DNA of 55,015 bases, from assembly GCA_038206875.1 (NCBI GenBank), contig JBBRAK010000008.1, forward strand, positions 1 through 55,015, written 5' to 3'. A model generated the notes under the pieces. It had not been told where the DNA came from. It did not search any database and was given only the letters and a program-made list of their open reading frames with translations. Each line of letters opens with the position of its first letter. Position 1 is the first letter of the stretch. Positions 48,368 to 55,015 of the stretch are shown here, in pieces. The stretch is from Candidatus Saccharimonadales bacterium. Lineage in GTDB: Bacteria; Patescibacteriota; Saccharimonadia; Saccharimonadales; JBBQAJ01. A program made the translations under genes and the position numbers.

Positions 48368-49324
48368 TTATTTTCGTGCTTGTTCTTCCAGATAATTTCG
48401 CACCATCACCGACGCTGTTGCGCCTTCTCCGGTAGCGCTTGCAATTTGCATATTGGCTCCGCTCCTGACGTCTCCAGCAGCAAATATTCCTGGTATGTTC
48501 GTCTGCAAATCGTTGGATGTTTTAATCATTCCAATCTCGTCTAGCTCCACTGGTCCTTTTGCAAGAAACTGCGTGTTCGGCAGTAATCCGATAAAAACAA
48601 ATATACCATCCGTTACATAATCTACTTTTTTGCCATCTTTTGTGCCTACTACTTTTACAACTTTGTTCATACCCTCCACGTCGGCGCCAATTATTTCATC
48701 TGTAGTAGTTCCCAGGTGCACGGTTATTTTGTCTTTATGCTTAGTTAATTCATGTTGCAATATCTCACTTGCCTTTATTTTGCTTCGAACAAGCAGGTCA
48801 ATGTGAGTTGCAAATTTGGTCAGGAACAGCGCTTCTTGAATTGCCGAGTTACCACCCCCAGATACAACCAATTTTTTGTCTCGATAAAAAGCACCATCAC
48901 AAGTAGCACAGTAGTGTACACCACGGGCGTAATATTCTTTTTCTCCAGGTATGTCTAATTTTTTATAATCACTCCCAGTAGCAATTAATACCGATTTAGC
49001 ATAAATATTTCCGTCAGTCGTTTCTAGCTTCTTTAAATCTCCATCTACGGACAGTTTTAAAACTTCGCCGTATCGAATTTCTGTGCCGAAACGTAGTGCT
49101 TGTTTTTCTAATTTATCTGCTAGTTCTATCCCGGATATTCCTTCAGGAAAACCTGGATAATTATCTACCCAATCAGTAACTGCTGCCAGACCCCCAACAG
49201 CACCTTTCTCAAACAAAACAGTGTCAATATCTTCGCGTGTAGTATAAATTGCCGCCGTCAAAGCCGCTGGTCCTGCTCCCACAACTACTAAATCGTGAAT
49301 TTCCTTCTTAGTGTCTTCCGCCAT
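48368..49324 (-). CDS. trxB: Thioredoxin-disulfide reductase
   Basis: GAGPA, NYPG, IATGS, CATCDG, GGGNSA, FAAGD. Confidence 0.95.
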   Translation of the reverse strand: MAEDTKKEIHDLVVVGAGPAALTAAIYTTREDIDTVLFEKGAVGGLAAVTDWVDNYPGFPEGISGIELADKLEKQALRFGTEIRYGEVLKLSVDGDLKKLETTDGNIYAKSVLIATGSDYKKLDIPGEKEYYARGVHYCATCDGAFYRDKKLVVSGGGNSAIQEALFLTKFATHIDLLVRSKIKASEILQHELTKHKDKITVHLGTTTDEIIGADVEGMNKVVKVVGTKDGKKVDYVTDGIFVFIGLLPNTQFLAKGPVELDEIGMIKTSNDLQTNIPGIFAAGDVRSGANMQIASATGEGATASVMVRNYLEEQARK

Positions 49325-49443
49325 AAGTCTATCTATTCTACTTTATTAGAATGCCGTTTACCATTTTCTGTTTTCCGTTCACTATACATTTTCCATTAAC
49401 TGTTTACCTCGGAAAACGTTGAAAGTCTAATGAGGCCTTTTCT

Positions 49444-49692
49444 CTACGCTACGGCCGGAGCCAATTTTGCGAGGTTGTAGCCGATTACAACCTCTTGGCT
49501 GTCATCGCCCTTTGTAACTACAGTTACTGGCACGCTAAGCGCGCCACTGAGCTCAAAAGCTTCTTTTTGTCGCTCTGGGCTTGTGTCTAGGTTGACCTCT
49601 TCGTACTGGTAGCCTTTGGCGCCTAACCATTTTTTGACCATGCCACAGTAAGCACAGGTGTTTGTAGTGAAAATAGTGATGTTTTTGACCAT
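49444..49692 (-). CDS. Glutaredoxin-like (NrdH-type) protein
   Basis: CAYC active site, SVPV cis-Pro loop; directly upstream of trxB. Confidence 0.88.
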   Translation of the reverse strand: MVKNITIFTTNTCAYCGMVKKWLGAKGYQYEEVNLDTSPERQKEAFELSGALSVPVTVVTKGDDSQEVVIGYNLAKLAPAVA

Positions 49693-49796
49693 GTTTTTCT
49701 CCTTTTTTGTAGTTTTTAAACGATTCCTACCTATTATATATAGTGCTTATGCTATTTGTAAATACCCCATATGTTGTGCTTTTGTCATATTTCGCA

Positions 49797-49914
49797 GGTT
49801 TTTGTAGAATAATTCAGTTTGGTTAAAAATCGAGCATCGTAAGCGAATCGTACTATGAGGTACGGTGAGTGCGAAGCGCAGATTTTCAATCAAAATGGAC
49901 ATTTTACAAGAACC
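49797..49914 (+). repeat. 118 bp MITE/REP-like long hairpin
   Basis: 14 bp terminal IR GGTTTTTGTAGAAT/ATTTTACAAGAACC; apical GCGAATCGTAC-tatgag-GTACGGTGAGT. Confidence 0.7.
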
Positions 49915-50454
49915 CTATTCACCAATTTTTACGAGTTCGATGTCAAACACGAGAGGAGCATTGGCAGGAATACCTGAACCTTCCGGAGGGGTTGCGCCGT
50001 AAGCTTGGTCAGCGGGAATTATCAATCTTCGTGTTCCACCAACTTTCATGCCCGGAACACCGTTCGTCCAACCCTTGATTACTTGGTCCAGTGGAAAAGC
50101 AACTGGCTGACCGCTGTCGTGAGAACTTTGAAATATTATGCCAGTAGCGGCCACAGCACCAGTATAGTGTGCCGTTACGGTGTCTCCTGGTTTTACTTCA
50201 GCTCCGGTACCGACTACGGTGTCGATTTTTTCTAATTTGTCAACTGAGTCTACTGTTTGAAAATCTGATAGTTTTGTTCCCTGCAATTGCCCCTCCTTTG
50301 GTGCTTGATTTGTTTGTTGTGTGCTTTGGATGGAAGTATCTTGTTTTTTTTGTTCTCTTGCCTGCAGCACCACAATCACACTAACTGCCGCGCTAGTCCC
50401 AAAAAACAATACCGCTCCCACCAGCGCAAATACGCGTTCGTGCGTTTTCGCCAC
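49915..50454 (-). CDS. Membrane-anchored FKBP-type peptidyl-prolyl isomerase
   Basis: VTAHYTG, FQSS, VIKGW, MKVGG.R.LIIP...AYG, IPANAPLVFDIEL. Confidence 0.93.
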   Translation of the reverse strand: MAKTHERVFALVGAVLFFGTSAAVSVIVVLQAREQKKQDTSIQSTQQTNQAPKEGQLQGTKLSDFQTVDSVDKLEKIDTVVGTGAEVKPGDTVTAHYTGAVAATGIIFQSSHDSGQPVAFPLDQVIKGWTNGVPGMKVGGTRRLIIPADQAYGATPPEGSGIPANAPLVFDIELVKIGE

Positions 50455-50526
50455 TTTATACCTCCTTAATTATTACCTCTATTATACTTACTATTCATCC
50501 GAACCGATATGGTATTTTGCGCAACA

Positions 50527-50964
50527 CTAAAACTCCGTTACACCGTCTGGCCATCCGTGTTTCAACGCCTCCAAAAGGTGCTTTTTTAGACTATCTGACA
50601 CAAACGGCCTGCCCGGTAGTTCGCTTAAATTTATCCACTCCGGTACATATAGATTTTTGCCCATGTCATGAATTTTTTGTTCCCCAGAGTCTACTCGCAA
50701 TCGCGGTTCACCACTAACATAACTACAAACAAACACATACTGGTCTCCATATGGGTCACCTGCGTGGTCTATAAATACTAGTCTTGGGGCTGAAATATCA
50801 ATTGTAGTTTCTTCTGCTACTTCACGTATCAAAGCTTCGTTTAAACTTTCGCTCACCTCTACGCCACCACCAGGTAGGGTGTCATACTCTTTTCCAAACT
50901 TGTTGCGGTGCATAACTAGCAACTTGTCGTCTCTGATGATTATTGCCCGCACTGCTTTTCTCAT
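50527..50964 (-). CDS. NUDIX hydrolase
   Basis: LPGGGVE...ALIREVAEET. Confidence 0.9.
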   Translation of the reverse strand: MRKAVRAIIIRDDKLLVMHRNKFGKEYDTLPGGGVEVSESLNEALIREVAEETTIDISAPRLVFIDHAGDPYGDQYVFVCSYVSGEPRLRVDSGEQKIHDMGKNLYVPEWINLSELPGRPFVSDSLKKHLLEALKHGWPDGVTEF

Positions 50965-50967
50965 AAA

Positions 50968-52752
50968 TTAACCAGATATGTCATATGATTGGAGTTTTTT
51001 CTTGGTTTGCTCTTTGTCTTTGCCATGTTGTAGTTTGAGCAATTTATCATAAATACCACCACTTACTGAAAGTTCCTGTGGAGTACCTACTTCATCTATC
51101 CTGCCACCAGTTATTGTGACAATCTTGTCGACATTTTGTATAGTGCTGAGTCTGTGTGCGATGATTATTGTTGTCCGTCCACTCATGAGGTGTTGCAAGG
51201 CATCCTGGACCATGGACTCTGACTTGCTATCCAAACTACTGGTTGCTTCGTCCAAAATTAGGATAGGGGCGTCTTTTAGTAGTGCTCGGGCAATGGCAAT
51301 TCGCTGTTTCTGGCCACCACTTAGTTTAAGGCCTCTTTCGCCTATTTCAGTTTTGTAGCCGTTCGCTAGTTTGGCTATAAACTCATCTGCGTTTGCAGCT
51401 TTTGCGGCAGCCGTAATTTGTCTATCGTTTGCCCCTGGTTTGGCATATGCAATGTTTTCACGAATAGTCCCACTAAAAAGTGCCGGATCTTGGAAAACAA
51501 CTCCAATGTTTTCACGCAACGAATGTTGCGTTACGGTGGTAATGTCCTGATTGTCAATCTCTATCACGCCCTTTTCTGGCTCATATAACCTAAGCAACAA
51601 ATTAGTAAGGGTTGTTTTGCCTTCGCCGCTTTCTCCTACTAGCGCCACTTTTGTACCTGAGTTTATTTGCAAGCTTGTGTCTTTTAAAACCGGTTGTGAT
51701 TTGTCGTAGCTAAACGATACTTTTTCAAATTTGATTTCTCCGTTGGTAATAGTAAGTTCAGTTGCTCCCGGTTTGTCGTTGACCTCCGGTCTCTCACTCA
51801 TGACTTCAAAATAATCTTTGCTGTTGGATATTGCGCGTTGAGTTCGGTCAACCAAAAAACTGATACTAAATATCGGTATTCGAATTAGTGCTGCGTACTG
51901 TACCAACAAGACCATTGTTCCAATTGTGTAGTTGCCCCGAGCTGTTTCTACAAAAATATACATAAAAACCGCAAAGAAAATAAGCGCTAAAACACTCCTG
52001 CGCAAATTGTCTTGTTTGTGCCAATACTGGCTCTGCGGGTCAACGTTTTTGATGGCTTTGTCCAAATAAGTATCAAAAAATTTGAGCTCACGGATTTCTT
52101 GTATAAAACTTTTTACAACTTTGACCTGTCCTATACTTTCAGCAAATCTGCCGCTGGCGATGTCGATATCCTGATTGATTTGTTTTTGGTAATCCTGCCA
52201 CTTAGTGCTTGTTTTGGCGGTCATCCATATATACACAGGGTAAAGCGCCGCAAGCATGATTGCCACGGGCCATGAATAATATGCCACGATGGCTAGAGTA
52301 AACACTGTGCTAAAAATGAATTGCAAAAAATTGTTGCTGAACATTTGTATAAAATCGCCAATATCTTGTATTCCCCGATGCATCCGATTGATGATTGTTC
52401 CAGTGAGTTGGGTGTCGAAATATTTCTGAGGCAAACTTAGTAAGTGCTCATAGTACCTACTGCTTAGGTTTTTCCTAAGTTGGATTGATAAAATATCCCC
52501 CCAATAACCACTGATATTGCCTAAAAATGTCTGCCCAATATCAGTCAAAAATATTAGGAAAGCAAAAAACGCTACTAGTAGGACGTTTACGTCTCCATTT
52601 GCAGTTGATTTAGTTATCTCATCTATCGCTGCTTTTGTAATGAGAGGCACTAATTGGCTCATCATTGCTAGCAAAATAGTGAATATCGATATACCTACAT
52701 AATACTTGCGCAGGGATGAAGTGAATTTAATTATTTTCCAAATCTGCTTCAT
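50968..52752 (-). CDS. ABC exporter, fused TMD and NBD (MsbA/MdlB-like)
   Basis: TM domain, GESGEGKT, LSGGQKQR, LDEATS, AHRLS; start ATG 52752 (MKQIWK). Confidence 0.93.
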   Translation of the reverse strand: MKQIWKIIKFTSSLRKYYVGISIFTILLAMMSQLVPLITKAAIDEITKSTANGDVNVLLVAFFAFLIFLTDIGQTFLGNISGYWGDILSIQLRKNLSSRYYEHLLSLPQKYFDTQLTGTIINRMHRGIQDIGDFIQMFSNNFLQFIFSTVFTLAIVAYYSWPVAIMLAALYPVYIWMTAKTSTKWQDYQKQINQDIDIASGRFAESIGQVKVVKSFIQEIRELKFFDTYLDKAIKNVDPQSQYWHKQDNLRRSVLALIFFAVFMYIFVETARGNYTIGTMVLLVQYAALIRIPIFSISFLVDRTQRAISNSKDYFEVMSERPEVNDKPGATELTITNGEIKFEKVSFSYDKSQPVLKDTSLQINSGTKVALVGESGEGKTTLTNLLLRLYEPEKGVIEIDNQDITTVTQHSLRENIGVVFQDPALFSGTIRENIAYAKPGANDRQITAAAKAANADEFIAKLANGYKTEIGERGLKLSGGQKQRIAIARALLKDAPILILDEATSSLDSKSESMVQDALQHLMSGRTTIIIAHRLSTIQNVDKIVTITGGRIDEVGTPQELSVSGGIYDKLLKLQHGKDKEQTKKKLQSYDISG

Positions 52753-52753
52753 G

Positions 52754-54526
52754 CTACCAACCGCCTCCACCACCACCGCCGCCACCGCCGCCAGAGAAAC
52801 CGCCACCGCCTGAAAACCCACTGCTCCCCGAACTTTGTGGTGGTGAAAAGTTTGTAGACATCGCTCCTACGCTACTGGTCAGACTGTTTGTTAAGTAGAG
52901 TGCGTTGAACGTGGTCCAGTTCCCGGTATACCAATCTGGAGGTGTTTTATACATATCTGCAAATTGTTTGGCCCACTCTTTCTCGACTCCTAGAACCATA
53001 GCGTAAGGCAATAATTTTTCAAATAAATCTACAGTTTGTTTTGGTAAATCAGATTTGTTTGCGTATGGTGAGTTTGGACTCTGAAGCATCGCAATCCGGT
53101 CTTTTTCTGCGGTATTGATATACAGCTTTAACCCTTCAATCTTCTCTCTGGCAATTTCGCCTGCGTCTGTGCGCTTGCGCATAAGCGAAGCAAATATCGC
53201 GACTATTACTGCAGACAAAATCAATCCTATGGACCAAAAGCTATGCAGTATAATCCCAGCAAAAAATAAAGTACTTGCGAGAGCCCACAGTCTGGTCCCT
53301 GCTTTTCTAGGATCTGTCGGAAAATAATCTTTGTCAGTCAGTCCTTTTATTACGTTTTCTCTTACCAAATTAATTGTTGTGTAGAATTTGTTTTTCAGTG
53401 ATTTTAAAGATACGACTTTGTTTGAAGGTAAGTAACCTTCTTTTCCAGCAATTTCTACCAGATTCGCGTCAACAAACAAACCTTCCATGATTATTTTTTC
53501 AAATTCTAATAATTCTGTAAAATCAGACTTCGTTAATTCCAGGCTGTACTCAATTTTATCTTTTCCAATCAGCCTGTTTTTCTTTTCTTCAATAATTTTG
53601 ATATACCCATTTATTGCCAAATCAACAATCGTTGCCGTTATATCTTGGTTATCAGCTCTGTAATCGGCAATAACACCCACCTCCAGTGGTTTTAAGCCAA
53701 ATGGTGGCTCATATTCAGCAACTATGGTTCCTCTGCCTTTGGAGTCTTTGCCGTACTTTCTCCAATGTCTCCATGCCCAACCTCCGATCAAAATTGGCGG
53801 GATTGTTGCAGACAAAATTTTCAAAATATTTTCTTTTAACCAATCAGCGCTGGTTGGTTCTATGAATGTTCCCTTTGGAATACTTATTAAAGCCGTCAAC
53901 GTTTCTTTGGGCAGTAAAGTACTACTGGTTTCAATTTTTATTCCGTCCTGTGTATTTGTAATGTTACACGACTGGTTTGATTCACCAAACCGGCCTGCAA
54001 AACATTTTGAGTCGTTTATTTTGACTCCCTGTTGTATGTGAAATGTTGCTGATACTTTGGTGAATGGCTGTCCCCACTGGTCGCCGTTTATGTCCCAATA
54101 TAACTCATCATAACCATCATAAAATGTAACAACGTTCTGGACTGTGTAGTCTATGGTGTACTTTTGGGTGCCTGTGACGGTTTTGTTGGGGTCGCCAATT
54201 TTTATAACTGTGTTGCCACTGTCTTGATATGTCGAATATTGACTGGGCGCCTCAGTCGACGATTTTATACTATTTACTTTGAGTTTAAGTGATTTACCTT
54301 TGTAACTGTTTGGTATGGCACGTAATATACCGTGATTATTGTCCGTATACGTCACATCGATCTGCTCAATTATCTGCAACTCGCCCTGTGGGTCATTTTG
54401 ACTCAAGGTGTAATCACCAGAAAAGCTGTTTACTATAAAATCATTAACGTCTGCGGTTGCAATTTGACGAAAGCCAAAAACTAAAGCCAGAGTCACAAGT
54501 GCGCATAGGGCAAAGAATCTTTTCAT
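52754..54526 (-). CDS. DUF2207 family membrane protein
   Basis: Signal peptide, ELYWDING.QW, LPYAMVLG...W, Gly/Ser-rich C-terminus ending GGGGW. Confidence 0.88.
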   Translation of the reverse strand: MKRFFALCALVTLALVFGFRQIATADVNDFIVNSFSGDYTLSQNDPQGELQIIEQIDVTYTDNNHGILRAIPNSYKGKSLKLKVNSIKSSTEAPSQYSTYQDSGNTVIKIGDPNKTVTGTQKYTIDYTVQNVVTFYDGYDELYWDINGDQWGQPFTKVSATFHIQQGVKINDSKCFAGRFGESNQSCNITNTQDGIKIETSSTLLPKETLTALISIPKGTFIEPTSADWLKENILKILSATIPPILIGGWAWRHWRKYGKDSKGRGTIVAEYEPPFGLKPLEVGVIADYRADNQDITATIVDLAINGYIKIIEEKKNRLIGKDKIEYSLELTKSDFTELLEFEKIIMEGLFVDANLVEIAGKEGYLPSNKVVSLKSLKNKFYTTINLVRENVIKGLTDKDYFPTDPRKAGTRLWALASTLFFAGIILHSFWSIGLILSAVIVAIFASLMRKRTDAGEIAREKIEGLKLYINTAEKDRIAMLQSPNSPYANKSDLPKQTVDLFEKLLPYAMVLGVEKEWAKQFADMYKTPPDWYTGNWTTFNALYLTNSLTSSVGAMSTNFSPPQSSGSSGFSGGGGFSGGGGGGGGGGGW

Positions 54527-54527
54527 G

Positions 54528-55015
54528 TTATATCCTTGCTGCACCAAACTTATTTGATACTTTTTCTGCGACTCTATCCAATATGTCGTTTACTTCTTGG
54601 TCTGTCATGGTTTTCGCATGCGAAGCGATAGATAGGCGCAGGGTGATGTTTTTGTGCTTTTTGTCTTCGCCTTGGTATATATCTATAGGCTTTATCGTGT
54701 ACTCGCTATTCTCTGGTGCATTTATGTTTTCAGTTACAAAGTTGTAAATATCCGAGAACGGAAGGCTTTCGGGCACTTTTAGTGAAATATCTTGTGTGAT
54801 TTTGGGATATTTGGATATTGGCATATAAGTACTTTTGTTTGGTACAGCATCCATGAGTTCTACCGTACCCAGCTCAAAACCCGCGCTGTGGAGTGGTAGT
54901 TTTAAGTTTTTTGTTACTGAAGTTTTGAATTCGCCAATTATACCCAATACATTTTTGGTGTTTGCTACAGTTACAATCGCTGACCTAGACATGTCAAAAG
55001 GCTTAAATGCTGGCA
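54528..55015 (-). CDS. pheT: Phenylalanine--tRNA ligase beta subunit, C-terminal part (runs off the right edge)
   Basis: PISKYPKITQDIS, DIYQG, T.TD.EV anticodon-binding domain. Confidence 0.88.
   Translation of the reverse strand, partial: PAFKPFDMSRSAIVTVANTKNVLGIIGEFKTSVTKNLKLPLHSAGFELGTVELMDAVPNKSTYMPISKYPKITQDISLKVPESLPFSDIYNFVTENINAPENSEYTIKPIDIYQGEDKKHKNITLRLSIASHAKTMTDQEVNDILDRVAEKVSNKFGAARI

Noticed and set aside
52757-52812. GC-rich (CCR)n-like tract
   Set aside because: Encodes the normal Gly-rich C-terminus of DUF2207 proteins
158-54747. Numerous 60-170 aa ORFs antisense to or nested in annotated genes (e.g. 10166-10594, 27284-27802, 41912-42391)
   Set aside because: Shadow ORFs of well-conserved genes, with no motifs or translation signals

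Overview
A gene-dense 55 kb core-genome segment, mostly on the minus strand. Gene content and compactness suggest a reduced Patescibacteria genome, most likely Saccharibacteria; this is an inference, and TGA is used as a stop, so the code is standard 11. It encodes recG (partial), tyrS, PBP1A, radA, clpC, nusA, pepN, rnhB, rplS, malic enzyme, a PilB/GspE ATPase, dnaE, galU, gatCAB, uvrB, a gap-rpiB-rpe-tkt-tkt-fba-pfkB cluster, ppa, trxB/glutaredoxin, FKBP, an ABC exporter, DUF2207 and the 3' end of pheT. I found no tRNA, rRNA, CRISPR array or transposase. The most unusual signals are non-coding. Six 60-120 bp palindromic elements (a 3-copy REP-like repeat plus three long hairpins sharing a GCGAAT...RTGAGY tandem-GA motif) each sit 0-2 nt past the stop codon of a minus-strand gene, and all fold best on the antisense strand. 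Other regulatory signals are a perfect CIRCE over the clpC promoter, a terminator in the nusA leader, pervasive leaderless-type promoters and a recurring GCWTAWGC motif near promoters. Notable proteins include a YqeG-like phosphatase fused to a CDP-alcohol phosphatidyltransferase, a class I PDE-like HD protein, an orphan alpha/beta hydrolase, a kinase-like gene split by one in-frame TAA, and a degenerate HEPN-like gene inside gatCAB.
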